Assembly: GCA_050273025.1 (NCBI GenBank)
Contig: CP158635.1
Location: 24,800,001-24,864,000, forward strand
Length of the DNA: 64,000 bases
From: Cenococcum geophilum
Taxonomy: Eukaryota
Direction of reading: 5' to 3'
The position numbers and the translations under genes were made by a program. Below the pieces are notes generated by a model that searched no databases, had not been told where the DNA came from, and saw only the letters and a program-made list of their open reading frames with translations. This document shows, one piece after another, positions 38,960 through 53,123 of this stretch (positions are counted from its first letter, which is position 1; every line of letters starts with the position of its first letter).

Positions 38960-40300
38960 AACTATTTAGGAAAAGAAAGATAAAACAGCCTACAATTGGG
39001 AGATATCTAAAATATTATAGATTTTAAAAAGAAAGTGGAGCTTTATATATGACCTAAGGCTATAAAGCCTAACTACGTTGCACTTTATGCCCCGTATTGC
39101 CTCCACTGCATTAAGTCCTGCCTTGTTGCCTCACTCCCTATCTAGCATAGACCTTAACAGTCGTCCTTTAACCCCGGAAAGTATCTGTAAGGTATTAATA
39201 CTAATCCCTTTCGTTAAGTTAGAGCTAAGCCAACCTTTAGGAGAAAGTGAGTAGAATTGTTGCAGTAAAGATCGCAGAGGAATTAGGCTATGTAATCTTA
39301 GTAAAAGCGCTAATATATAAAACCCTTAAGAAACCGCCAAATACAGACTCATTATTAACATACCACTTAAAAGATTTCAGCTGGTGGTATTTCAAATTAC
39401 TTCTAGGCGCGAAAGATGCGATAGACAAAGTGGATAGAGAGTTTTGCGGCATGCTTAATGCTTGGTCACTATTGTTGGCGTGTACCTAAGGCAGAAAATT
39501 CTTTCAAGCTATTAGATAGAATCTTCTCTCGGTTTAGGCTTTGTGGGTCAATATATAGGATATTCCCAACGTCAGGGCCGATATCGAATTTGCGGCTATA
39601 AATACCCCTACTAATCTTTCGCCCTCAAAAATTTCACTAACTAAAATTTAGCCTTATGGGGCTTTATCTCACTCCTTAATCCTCCCACAATATTAGCTGG
39701 TAGTTCCAGACGAGCCACAAGATATACTGGTTCATATTATTATTAAAGACGAGGTAGGAAGCTTATTTTAGCTACCATATGCGCTATGCAAAACTCCTTC
39801 TGTATGTTAATCTAAGCAGTACGTATTAAAACTATCTCTAATTATTGTTGTATAGAGTATGCGTAGCGCTATTCTAAAATGCTTAAGGTTATCCAATATG
39901 GACCGGATTACGGTGGAAGCTATGGAGCAACGCCGGTACCGAATAGTAAGTAAAGACCAGATAATAAGGTCTGGTATTACTGTTAAGCTAGTGACATAGC
40001 CGTTAGCGGCTTTGTATAGCATTTAAATTGTAAAGTGCAAATATAAGACTAACCCTGGTTTAGACACTGGCGGCTGTTTATTTTACTATAACTTCTATTA
40101 TTTCTTTAACTGTATAATATCTAGACGCGGTTTTAGAACGCCTTAATAAGTGGCTAGACCGAGCGTATATCAAATTAATTACTAAAATCCTTAATGGCGC
40201 ATGGCATAAGCCGTTAGAAAAGCCTACTGTTTTTTTATATTACAGTTATGGCGCTTATACGCAGCTTTTATCAAATATAGCATCTAGGGAGAAAGTAAGC
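38960..40300 (+). pseudogene. Degenerate spliced gene of unknown function (approximate bounds)
   Basis: ORF 39247-39489 extends in frame through RIP stops to ~40030; intron-like segments ~39192-39240 and ~40030-40062. Confidence 0.4.
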
Positions 40301-42928
40301 GAACCTAGCCAATAACCTATGCGTTATAGAGTTTGTAAGGCATAAGGGTGGGATATTATAAAGACTATAAGACTAAGGCTATCATTTTTGCCCGTTTCTA
40401 ACTGCTTAACGCTACGTAGTGCTTATCTTGGGCTTCCTTACATTAATAACAGACCTCTTCCTTTTTGTATAATAATATGCTTCCGATATTATGCATAAAG
40501 CGCCATAGGCTTAGATACGTAAACGTATCCTAGCAACCTATTAGTGCCTATTAGTTAAAGAGTCTATTAGGATATATGCATACTAAAGATAGCTAACCTG
40601 CATGCAAGCTATCCTATAGACCCTAAAAGGTGGCTTTTGGGTTCTTAAGGGAGCGGCATTCCTTAACCTTTCTTTGTTTCACCTTTTTAAAAAATATAAA
40701 ACAATCTCTGCGGATAACCGTCGTTCTTCATGCAAATACGGCTAGGCTGTTTGTGCTGTAAAGATGGTAAGTTTGGCCACCCATCTAATGGATTATTTTC
40801 TGACTTTAACTTCTTCCACCTTTAAGTTTACTTTCACCAACCACAAGCTCGTCCGAGTCACGGGTAAGAAGTTTAAGAAAAAATGCGGGGAATATAATTT
40901 CTACCTATTATCCGTTGACCCCATAGGATAGGGTGTGTATCGGGTTGTAATTCGGCATAACCTGCTTAACGGATTTAAGGAGCACTTTAAAACAGAATAA
41001 GATAATAATTTTAATCTTTGCGATGTTGCGGAACGACCTAAGGTCGCAAAGGCGTTCATGCGCGAATGTCATACAATCCCCTTAAGAGAGACGCAAAAAG
41101 TCTATCTGTAAGCTTTGCAGTGCGAAGAATTGAATAAACGACTTAATTGTAAATGTAGCTCTAGAGGCTCTATATATACACGAAGAAGGTAGAAGTGATA
41201 GGGTAATAGATAGCTAAAATGGGAACGGTAATCTGCCACCAATATTGATCTGCAACCAATATATTGGGTGGCGTTAACGCCGTCTTGGAGCCTTCCAAGC
41301 GGTGATCTTATGTCTTAGCGCAGTGTCGGTAGTCGGTTACACACCCCCCCAGATTTAACGGTGTAGTTAAAGCTGTAGAACATAAAATGAGGGCAGAAGC
41401 TATACCAAAATAGGAAATTTAGATACAATTTAAGAGTAGCAAACGGATAGGGTAAGAATGGCATATTGCGAATATTACAAATATTGCGGATATTGCGAAT
41501 GGAATCAATTGATCTGATGTCGAATATCCACCAAATTCAATTGCTTTATCCATGCCTCGTGCTTTTGACGGGGTAAGATCTTAGTAAGGCCGTCGGCAGG
41601 CATCTTGTCTATAGGGACCCATTAGACGTCAATCTTTTTATCTTAGACTTCCTATCTCAGCCAGTGCTGGTAGACGTCGATATGTTAAAGCTTAGTGTCA
41701 AGCTTTAGTATATCCTATCTTAGGAGTCGTACGGTCTGCATATTGTCGCAGAGTATAGTAAATTCGCGTTCTAAATTAAAGCCAATTGCCTTAAAGAATC
41801 GTTGCCACCAGATAATTTCAACGGTAGTAGTAGATAGGGAGAGAAGCTCTGCTTTAGTAGTTAAGCGAGTAACAGATCGCTATAGGGTTGCTTTCCAATC
41901 GATTAGTCCTCTAAATAGAATAAATAGATATCCTTAAGAGCTCCGTCTAGTTTCTATATAGTCCGCAAATGCTACGTCGGATGCTCCGTAAAAGGTAACA
42001 TCTTCTCCTTTAGGGTTTCTAAAGTAGACGTGGGCTCTAAATACTTCGCCAGAGTATTTAATAGCTGTAGATTTTGTTCCAAGACAGTAGGCAATAGCTT
42101 GGTTTGCTACGTTAAGGTATTATTAATTTGGATTAGTAAGGAATTTAGCCAGCTTAGAATGCGTCTTAGCAATATTAGGTCTTCTAAATACGGCAAGGTG
42201 TGTAAGTAACCCTACTTGTTGCTAGTAGGCTAGGGTTCTTTAAGGGTTCGTCTACTAGTCGGACGGAATCAGTTCTTTGGCAAGAAGTAGTAACTTAGGA
42301 AATCTTTCTAGTAGTTAAATATTAAATCAATTGGCTATCTTTTTAATATAGGAGTCTTGGCAAAGCCGGAGCTTCCTACTTACTTAATTTCGACTAATTT
42401 AAATACCTAGGAACCTCTATAGGTCTCCTAGTGCACGGATCTCATATTAATGCAGCAATTTTACTTCAAATTCTTCAAGTCTTAAAAGGTCCTTCTTGGC
42501 AAATAGGACGGCTATATCATCTACATAAAAGAAGACAATAAGTCGCCTATCAGTAAATAGGCAGTTAGTGCCTAGTACTAATTCTAATCCAAATTTAGCC
42601 AGTGTATTAGTAAGCTCTTTATACTAAAGTAGTGGTAAGATTTTTAATCCATATAGCGCCATAAGTAGCTTTAGGACATATCCGTTTTAATTAAAACCTT
42701 CTAGGCAGTAGCAGTAGATTGGTTTACTGAGCTTAGCGTTTATAAATGCGTTTACAGCGTTATACTATCGAATTTCCAGGTCGAATGCGGCTGCTATAGC
42801 CATAAGAGCACGGAATATTCGAGCAGCTAGGGTTACTGCATAGGTTTCTTCCTCTGTAATCTATAGGTCTCCGCGAACGCATAGTCAAGCTTTGAGCTTT
42901 TAAAGGTAACCGTCGCTGTTAAGCTTAT

Positions 42929-45900
42929 TATCAGTATACTCGCTTTATCAACGTGCACGAATATCACTTGTAGTGGTACGTATGCGGTGTTGAAGTTAGT
43001 AGTTAATTGTTATATCTAGAAATAGGGGTTTGCTCCAAGGTCAGATTAGCTAGTCTTACTTTGTGGTCTTATAACCACGTCACATAACTAACATTCCAAC
43101 ACTGGAGCAACTCTAAGAAGAAGGCTAATCTACACTCCAAAGCCAAGTCTATTTCTAGACTATTCGTAGCATATACGCAATAGCTAAAGATCTAATTAAT
43201 ACGCAATAGTTTCCACGCTCTTCTTATAGGTCCGTAATTACATAACTAGTATTACGGCTTATACCAATACCTCTAAACAGAAGCTTATAGAATGCTATAT
43301 TACAGGGACACTAAGCTAAGGAAAAGAAGGAGAAGGATTGTTAGGGGTAGCAGGTTAATATATCGCGAGGGCCGCTAAGGCGCTAGTAGTAAGCGAGCCA
43401 ATAGCGATTTTCCATCCTAGGGATGGAAAATCCTAATTAGCTAGTTAAATTCAGGGTCCGCAGAATATGGCGGGTAACATGCCCTAGCACCATCACGACC
43501 CGAAAACCACCTTCTATTACTCCTTACGCTCCACCCAACCTACAGCCTATATATCGACCTAGTTCGTGTTAATAAGTCGCTATAGGGCGACACAAGGCTT
43601 CCCCTTGGTTATCGCGTCCGTAGGGTTAGCTTCACTATTAATCCATTTAACCTCCGTAATCTGCCAACGTTCGTAGGCTTATTATAGGCACATTACATCA
43701 ATTATTAATCGCTTCTCTTGTGTGGTTCCAAGTCGTACAAGACAGTCGTATAGCGATTTAGAATCGGTATAAAGTATAAGCGGGAGGTTAATCTATAGGA
43801 CCTTATCTACCGTAAACTTAATGGCGACGGCGATATTAAAGCTATAAGCCATTCTATAGAGTTTAGAAGCCAGAACGCTTCTAGTAACTCTTTTACACTT
43901 AATTAAGCTCTAATAGATAACATTAGCCTTCTTAGTTGCGTTAGCTAGTACAATAACATAGCCAATTTGCGAAGAGAGGTCCTTATTATTAGTAAAGGAA
44001 GCGTCCGTAAAGACTAAGAGCTATAGGGTCTTAGCCTCTAATTTAACAAACTTAAGACCTCTATATAAGTTCTAAATCTGCTAACTTAGGCACTTATTCA
44101 ACTCCTTCGCGTCTACCTCTTTAGAATTAGTTACTTGGGCAGCAAAGGATAAGTTAAATAAAGCCTCTAGTTAACAGACTAAGGCAATATAGGCTCCTCT
44201 AGCGCGTTAAGCGATATACTAGTCCTTTAGCGTAAGTAGGCCGCGCGTAATTCCTCTAGAGCTAGTACTGTCTACTAGCGTAGTATTAACCACACTAAGG
44301 TTCTCACACTGGCGCTTTTACGTCAGCGTAATACTCTTATCTTGTGCCAATTAAATAAGTCCTCTATTAAACTTAACTGGTATATTAATGGTCAGTTACT
44401 CTCGCTCCTTAGCTATAAATTTAGCCTTATATAGTTTGCTTTATTCAGCCTCTATAAAGGTATTATCTATAAGGAATAGCGTATCATTAGTCTATAAGCC
44501 AACAATTTCAAAAGGTTTATTGCTGTAAAGCAAGCAAGGGTCGTACGTAGACTGGTCCATTTGTAGCTAATTAACGTAGTATAAATGGTAGGTCTTAAAC
44601 TAGTGGTTTCTAGCTTTAGGCACTCCATAAAGTGGCTTTACAACCTTTAAAACAGAGTCCTTATTAATTCCCAATTGTTTATTTAGCTCGTATGGTGGTC
44701 GTATATAAAACTCGCGGTTTAGGTTCGTAGTAAACTAGACATAGGCTTATAAGATGTCTTAGAGGTAGAGTTATATCTACAGTAGCGTAGCAGCAATATA
44801 GAGAATTAGCCGCTAGCTAACTTGTTGAATTATTAGTAACTAAGTAAGGACTAGTTCTTTCTCCAAATCGTTATAGGCCTATATGATAAGTCGTAATTTC
44901 TTAAAGGCTTTATTAGTTCCCTTATTCTTAATCTTATTAATAAACCGTGAATTAAAGAGTCTAACCCCCTTTAGCATATCGTATAGCTTAATAATCTTAA
45001 AGACGCCTTTCTTAAGTAGGCCTGTAACCTCCTTTTGCCGTAAAGCGCTAAACTAAGTGTTGCTATCGTTCTGTAAGTAAATAGTAGTGTTAGCCATATC
45101 TGCGGTATTATTGTCCTATAAGTAAATAGCGATATCGGCCATATCTACAATATCACCTATAAGGGCATCTATGTCTATTATAGCGTCCGTAACAGCCGTG
45201 TCTGCGACAGCCGTAAGCAATAGGTATTTACGGGGGCGACCTCTGCCTTACTTTAGTGGTAGCTGTGGTTCAGCTTTAGGTAATAATTAAGGTTTAGCTA
45301 GTATAGGTACTAATTCAGCTAATTTAACAGACTCTTGTGGTTTAACTAAGTCTTATAGGTCCAGTAGGTAAAGTTTTACAACCGTAAAGCGGAAGGTCGT
45401 AGGCCCATTTAGTAGCTTCACGGTACAGGTCTTACCGTTAACAGTAAGCAGCATATATGGCCCGTCCTAATAACCGCTTTAGCTAGTATTGCCTTCTCTT
45501 TAGACTAAGATAGGCGAACTAGGTAGGAGGCCATAAATAGCGTCAGTTCGTTGTCCATTTCGCGTATTAAGAGCGTTAGCGATCTGTTGTTCAGCTTAAA
45601 GCTTCTAGATTTCCACCATTGCTTTCTTAATAGCCGCAGCTTGCTATGCGACTAAAGGTAATAGTGCGTCCAATTTGACTATTTGGGGGTAGGCTCCAAA
45701 GACTAGGAGTATAGGGACTAGGCCTTCTAGGCCAGCCGTATTATTAATAGCTTTAAAAGCCATTTATAGGGCCATCTCCTTGCTAATTTTAGGGATTTCA
45801 GATATAATGATTTGGTAGGCTCGTTATAGCGGACCGTAGTAACGCTCTACCATTCCAATAAAATTGTATAATTCGACTAGAACTGACTTTATAGTTACTC

Positions 45901-48900
45901 CTATGGTAGCAGCGTAGTGCTTAAACTCCTTACTAACAAAGTTCTTCCCAGCATCTATAGTAATTAAGTCTGGTGGTCCTAAATAGCTATTAATCTAGCA
46001 CATTTATAGAACGTCCTAAGTGTACTTAGCGCTAATATCTCGTAGCTATCTACCAGTTTGAAATCGAGTTGCTTTATTGACTACGTATAGTAGGGGGGAG
46101 CCGCTGATATACATAATGTCGACGATAATATTGTAGTTAAAATTAACGTTATCTTGTAAGGTAAAGCGAAATCTACTTAGAGATCTGCTAAACTTCTAGC
46201 AGTAGTAGCAGAGTCTGGTTAGCTCTTTAATAGCGGATCTATTAGTATTATGGCCGTAGCCAGTCTTATTAAAAAGCTTTTATAGTCTATTAACTAACGG
46301 GTGACCAAATCAACGGTATAGACGTCGTAGCTCTACGTTAGTTAAGTAGCAAGGGTTCGCGTTAAAAGACTCGACTAGATAAGACTATAAAGAGAAGCTC
46401 TATACGAGAAACGGGTGGCCAAATCGTCTAACTACTGGCACCTTTTTAGTGCAAGTAATAATAACGTCCTTTAGGTTATCGTATTTAATATAGAGTCTAT
46501 CTATATCTACTAAGTAAAGTAGGAAAGAAGTATCTACTTTAACAATATGGAATTATACCTTACCTATAGGGCTGTTAATATCTATAGTTCTAATAGACGT
46601 AGAGGCTCTAATCCTAAATTAGACAGTTACTTAGCCCTTAGTTAACGTGTTAAGACTTATAGACTTATCTACGGCCTATAGGGCTTAGAATTGGCCGTAG
46701 CCAGCCATAGACTTACGCGAAGCACCCGTATCGATTATAATTCCCATAAAAACCGTCGAGGTATATTGTAACGCTATAGTTGTAGTCGTATTACAGGCGA
46801 ATAGGTTAGTCTCCGTATAAGGTTTCGTAGCAGACTCCGTGGTAAGTTCTAAAGCCGTAAGTAGGTATATATAAGCCTTATTAGCTAGCTCTACGCTTAT
46901 AGAGGTTGCTTCCTCTATAGTAAGTGTTCCAAAGGTGGTGATATAGGCAGAACTATTATTAGGTTCTCTGGCATTGCTCCTAGAGTTATTAGCGTCTTAT
47001 ATATAGGCTTTAAAGTCTAAGTTATCCTCTTCATCTCTTTCGCAGGCGGCGACGTATTATTTAAAGTGGTTGTCAAAGTTGCCCTTATTACGGCCCTTAA
47101 TATTAATAAAACGTCTCTTATAGTCGTCTCTGGATCGATTACGCTCCTCCTCTATATGTTTCCACGAATGGCAGTCCTCCTTCTTACAGACGTAGCACTT
47201 GGCCTTTAGTCTACTGTTAGTTCTATAGGGGCGATTGCTGCCATAGTGATTGGTGTTTTGGTCTTAATTCTGGTTATTTCGGTAATAGCGTCAATCCGTA
47301 AAGAAGGCTTAATAAGACGATCTCATTAAGGCCTATAGGGGGTGTTCTTTTTCCCACGCAATAATAGAGGATTATAGCTTGCTAATTAACTAAGAGAGGT
47401 CTTTTAAAGGGTTGGAGACAGCAATACGGCATACTAGTACTCCCTAGCAAGCAGTAACCAGCTTATTTATAAGAATGCGGTTCGTATAGAAGTCTAGGTA
47501 TAGTCCGTGGCGTTGCTTTAGCAGCTTATCTACAAGTAGTTAGAAGTTCTGATAAATTGACTTATTAGGGTTCTCGTCCATAACTCCTTAGAGGGTTATA
47601 CTATTCCACTCCGTAAGGTTCTTACAGTAGTATTCTAGCCCTTTAAAGAACTGTCGTATGTGGTTACAGGCTTCCGTAAAAGGTCTTAACTTAAAGTTGC
47701 TGTTATAGTAGTGGTCCTAAGTAAGCCCTTTTAGCATGCTAGGGAATGCCACTATATAGCCTTCTGGTGGTAAGCCAGATCTCTTACAGATGTTGTAAAA
47801 GATAGTTAGCTTAAAGTCGAAGCTGTTATTAACTCCATCGTACTTTTAGTTGTCTGTGTAGATCTTCGCAATTATGGCCACCTCCTTGCTGTATCTAGGT
47901 CCTTACTCCGCACTAGGCACGGCTGGTTTAGGTGGTGTATATATTTGTAGCTACTGCGGCTGCTGCTCTCTTAGCCATAGCAGTTAGTTAATAAGAGTGT
48001 GGATTTGGTTGTAGTTGGAGGATTAAGGACCGGGAGGGGTAGTAGGGGTAGTAGGGGTAGCAATCGGAGTAGCTAGCGGTGCAGTAACCGGAGTAGCTGG
48101 TAGTACGGCAGCTAGGATGGCTAGTGAAGTTGGTGGAGTAGCTAGTAGTAGGGCTGGAGGTGTAGCAAGCTTGTCTAAGGTCGAATTAAGTCGGTCTTAC
48201 AGAGTTGTCGTAATTATTGGTTTTACCTCTGCAAGGGCCGCAATAAGCTCCTTATCCATCCATTTATAAAACTCTTCTTCATTGGTGACGTCCGTCAGCA
48301 CCTTGCCAAGGGAGTATCTCTTATCTTGCTTAGTAACATATACTCCTCTCTTAACTAGGTATTAACGGATTCCCATTCTAGTATTGGATTGTACTCGTTT
48401 AAAGGTCTCTGGCGTAAAGTTCTCAAAGTCTTCCTAAAACACTGTCTACAGTACAAAGTCTATAAGGTTAGATTGTGTATATAGGTGCATCTTAGTCTCC
48501 ATATACTCCGTTAGGTCATTATCCGTAGCCGTCTCTAAGTCAATTCCGTAGCCGTATTTAGTAATTCTTTCCTTCTAGTTAATTTCCATATTGTCATATC
48601 TTTGTGTATAAGGGTAGGTGTAAGGGTAGGTATAAGGGTAGTCGTCGGTTCGAAGAAGTTAAGGTTTAAAGTAAGGATATAAAGGTGTATACGTGTCCTA
48701 TCGACAAATCTATAGTTCTTGGAAACTATAGACGATTCTTAGTAAAGATACGGTCCTTTAGGCGATCTAACGCGTCAACAGTTAAGTTAATACGTAGTTT
48801 TAAGCTTTAAGGGTCCTCTAGGCGATCTAACGCGTTAACAGTTAAGCTAATGCGTGGTTTTAAGCTTTAAGGGTAACGTAGCTCTCTCTAAGTAAAGGTA

Positions 48901-49260
48901 CAATTCTCTAGGCGATCTGACGCATCAGCAAGCTAATACGTGGTCTCGAGCTTTAAGGGTAACGTAGTTTTCTCCTTCAACTAAAATAGGGCGATAGCTC
49001 TGCGATCTAACGCGTTAGCAGTTAAGCTAATACGTGGTTTCGAGCTTTGCTATTACGTATTTCCTGATCTATACGTCTACTAATTAGTGTCAGTATACTC
49101 GCTTTATCAACGTGCACAAATATCACTTGTAGTGGTACGTATGCGGTGTTGAAGTTGGTAGTTAATTGTTATATCTAGAAATAGGGGTTTGCTCCAAGGT
49201 CAGATTAGCTAGTCTCGCTTCGTAGTCTTATAACCACGTCACATAACTAACATTCCGACA
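42929..49260 (-). mobile_element. Ty1/Copia element 2 (6332 bp) nested in the RT region of Copia 1
   Basis: 173-bp LTRs 42929-43101 and 49088-49260, TSD CTTAT. Motifs CYVCKKEDCHSWKH, IDTGAS, (H)R(R)FGHP, L(Q)T(D)DT, FTDASF, (A)DA(M)TK. Confidence 0.95.
48752..49048. repeat. ~60-bp tandem repeats (4 units) in the Copia 2 leader
   Basis: GCGATCTAACGCGT...AAGCTAATACGTGG..AGCTTT repeated four times. Confidence 0.85.
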
Positions 49261-52200
49261 CTTATATTTAAAGACCTATTTTAGAGGAAGGATCTACTCG
49301 TTGCCTACTTCTACTTTTAGTACAGTTTTAAATATCCCTTAGCGTTTCAGGTCGTTATATTCTTTTTCTATAGCCTTTTAAAAGCCAGCAGTCAAAGGGT
49401 GCTTTCTTAGATCTTTAAGATTCTTTAGTTTAGGAGGAAGGTTGTCCCAATATAGAGATAAGAATCTAGTTCGGTCAATGTCCTTTACTAGTCCTATAGC
49501 AAATCCAACGTAGTAACCAAATAGGGTAGATAGATTGGCTAGTGCTACTGCATACGCTTAACGTCGAATTCATTTTAATCCTTCTGGTAGGATAAGGTCG
49601 GCAGAAGGTTTAGCCAAGACTTTATTAGCTCATAGAGCTATATTAGTTACTCTATTAGATGGTTCTAGAGAGCTTAGCTAGGTTAGAATTATTTTAATTA
49701 TATCTAGGATGTCGTCTTAAAGTCCTTATGGTAAGGTGTTCGATTCTAGTAAATCTAGAGATACCGTTCTGCTAGGAGTCGGTAACTGTTTAATATCCTT
49801 TATACAAGGCTCCGCCGCATCGTTCGATTTAGGTGTAGTCGTTTATTCTATATTTAAGGTAGGTCTATATAGGACAGATTTATCCTTAGACTTATCCTCG
49901 TGGAGAGGTTCTGGTAGACTAATCGTCTAAATAGTGTCCTCTAATGCTTCCCTTAGCAGGTAGTTAATGTCTTAACCCTTAGGGTTATAGAACGAGGTCT
50001 CGTTAAATATAACGTCTCTGGTTTAAATGACCTTGCGGAGACTCGGAATCCAGATTCAATAGATATTAGTTAAATCGTAGCCGACTAGGTGTCCAATTAA
50101 TGCATAAGGAGCTAGTTTATCTCCCCTTTTAATTCGTTTATCCAGTGTATAGGTCTTATAGCCGTATACATGCATATAGGTAAGTAATAGTAGCTTACCG
50201 TAGGCGATCTTATACGGAGTTTTCCATCCTAGTTGCTTATTTGGGGTTCGATTAAGTGCGTAGCTAGCAGCAAAGAAAGCCTCTAGTCCTAAAGATAGGG
50301 GTAAGGATACTTCTAGCTGTATAGCCCTTAATCAATCCATAAGGGTTCGTCCAGATCGTTCAGCTCTACTATTTTGTTCTTCTGTATACGGGGCTCGGCA
50401 TTTAAAAGTAATGCCTTCATCTGCGCACTATGTATTTAAGGTGTCTCCTATTTATCCAAAAGCTCATTTATTATCACTCCAAAAGAAGATTACGTCTTAG
50501 TAGAATCGTATTTTAATTAAACGGTGGGTCTTGCGGATGGTAGGTAGGACAGTAGCTTTATCCTTATTCTTAGCGGTGAATATAAAATTGAATTTGGAAT
50601 ACGTGCAATAGAAGTATATTACGTATTTATTGCCGTTATACCCTAGTTCTCCAAGGGTAATAATATCGAATACTACCCGCTTAAATAGTTAAGTGGCTAA
50701 AAATTCGTGTTCTTGTCTTTAAGAGATCTGCTGTATATACTTTAATATTAAGCAGACTTCGCATTCGATTTTAAGCGGTGCTTATTTATTAATTAGCTCT
50801 TCGAGCTCTGCGCCATTGACGTACTTAGAAAGCTGCTTAATAGCGTTAGGTCCTACATGGCCAAGTATTTTATACCATTTTATAGCTGTAGCTCCGACTA
50901 GTTTACAGGCCATTCTGCTTAGTTAATATCTTTTTAATAAGAAGGTTGATTGAGTTGTCAAATCTAGGGTATTTATAGGCTCTCGGTGCATTAGTGCCCA
51001 GTAGCCCCCTAGTCGTTTCGCATAGCATACTATTTCGCCAATAGCTAGACGGTATAGCAAGTTTCGTCCTAAGTTAAAATGGATATCGTTATCTATAGCC
51101 CTTAATAGTGCTACGATATTTATAAACATGGTAGGTACCAATGCTATATAGGATAGCTTCATTTTTAAGCTCCCAGTAGGTGTATTAACAGTAATCGTTA
51201 CTGTTCTGTAAGTCTGTATCTTTTTACAATTTCCATTAGCAATCAGGTAGTCGTCTTCTGCAGCTAAGTAGGAGAAGGTAAAGTCTTCTTAGTTGTTGCA
51301 GACGTGGGTATCTGCACTAGGGTTGAGTATCTAGATGTTCTGGAGTTTGAATAGAGTTTAACCAGTACTAAATACGGCAGTATAGCTAGTCGGGGTTTTG
51401 GAAGGTAGGGTTTTAGAATTAAAATTAATTATAGATTCTGTATTCTTCTTTACTTCCTATTCTCTTTTTAAGATAAGGTTAACAATGCGTTTAATCCAAG
51501 GCGTAGATAAGATTGCTTCTTCTACTTTCTTTTAAATGTCTAGGTTTGGTTTTTATCCTTAAGGGCGCTTCTGCTTAACAATATAGTAGCAGCTGCTGAA
51601 TCGATGTTTAAAGCCATATATGCATTCCTTATTCCATTTTAAATCTAAATTAGGATTACTATTAGAATCTAAATTAGAATTGGAATTACCTAGGGTTGCA
51701 AAAGCAGAATTATTAGCAGGGGTAGCAGAGGATGCTGCTTACTGCATGCGGTAGTGCTCCTTAAATTCCTCAATTAGATCGATAATAGATAGGGCATCTT
51801 CATCCTTCCGTTCTTTCCTAATGAGGTCTACTTTTAGTGCTCCTATAAAACTAGAAGAGATGGATTTAATAGCTTAAACAAAGTCATAGTGTGGCCTAAA
51901 TCCTTGTACATCTGGTAGCTTCAATTACTCCGCAAGCTTATAGACATTCCGCCAGTTATTTAACTATTCGTCGATGCTCTGCTTTTTATTATAGACTTTT
52001 AAAGCCATATACTGATTAAGGACGTCTCGTTTTCGACCTGAGGTGGTAGGGGCTAGTGCAGTCTTGAGTGCTTGAAGCCGTTCGTGTACCGTGTTAAGGT
52101 TGTCGATGAGTGGAAGGTAGGCTACCGATGTGGTTCGAACGATATAGTTGCTGATATCGTTTATAGCCCGTTTTTGCTTCTCGTATATGCGAAGATCGTC

Positions 52201-53123
52201 TTTGTATTTAGCATAGAGCTGGTTATAGGCGGTAAGCTGACTCAGGTCTAGCTTTGCTATCGATGTAGCCATAGGTAGTATGTCCCTTGGTGTGGGACGA
52301 CTTAGTTATGCTAGCTTTAGACGCTCGTCTTTTTTGGATAGGTCAATGTACTCCCATACCTCGTTAGTTTTGGCAGTGTCTTAGATGATAAAGAACCACT
52401 GTGTCCAATCAGATGGCTAGTTGAGGATAAGGTTGACTTTTGATTCGCTTATAGTCGTCATTTTTAGGATTTAACAGGTCAGGCAGGGTCCAATTAGCGT
52501 CTTGGCAAAAACCTTATTTTGACGTTTCAAACTTTTAATTTAATTCGTCCGTTCGTCGGTCAGATACGTACGATCGTCGACTAGGGTTAATCGTCCGTTC
52601 ATTTAGTAGGTAAAGAAGCTCGAGACACTGCAAAGGTAGTAGAAGTAGTGACTTCTTAAATAAGGTAGTAGATTGATTGGTTAGCAGGTGGTGCGATCCG
52701 GGCTTATAACTGTAAGCTTTGCAGTGCAAAGAATTAAATAAACGACTTGATTGTAAATGTAGCTCTAGAGGCTCTATATATACACGAAGAAGGTAGAAGT
52801 GATAGGGTAATAGATAGCTGAAATGGGAACGGTAATCTGCCACCAATATTGATCTGCAACCAATATATTGGGTGGCGTTGACGCCGTCTTGGAGCCTTCC
52901 AAGCGGTGATCTTGTGTCTCAGCGCAGTGTCGGTAGTCGGTTACACTATCTGTACCATCTATGTTAAGTGGCTATTGACGAGGTCTGTACACTCGTCTTT
53001 CCCAGCTGTTTAAGGGAAGTTGTGAAGGAATGGGCTTTGCATGGGCCAGGAAACATTATTTAGCGTTTGTTTCAATGGATGAAAATGACTTTCGGAATTA
53101 ATGTCCAATAGGTGGCGTACGAG

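Larger units (their letters stand above)
41107..52945 (-). mobile_element. Ty1/Copia element 1 (~5.5 kb without the nested insert)
   Basis: 235-bp LTRs 41107-41341 and 52711-52945, TSD CTATC, PBS GTTAT(G)AGCCC, PPT GGGGGGGTG. Gag ATG 52461, WIL(D)P(G)ADTHVC, W(H)KILGHVGP, YTEEQN(G)RAER, FFYVDD, ADGLTK. Confidence 0.96.

Noticed and set aside
48752..49048. CRISPR-like repeat array
   Set aside because: Eukaryotic context, no unique regular spacers; ordinary Copia leader repeats.
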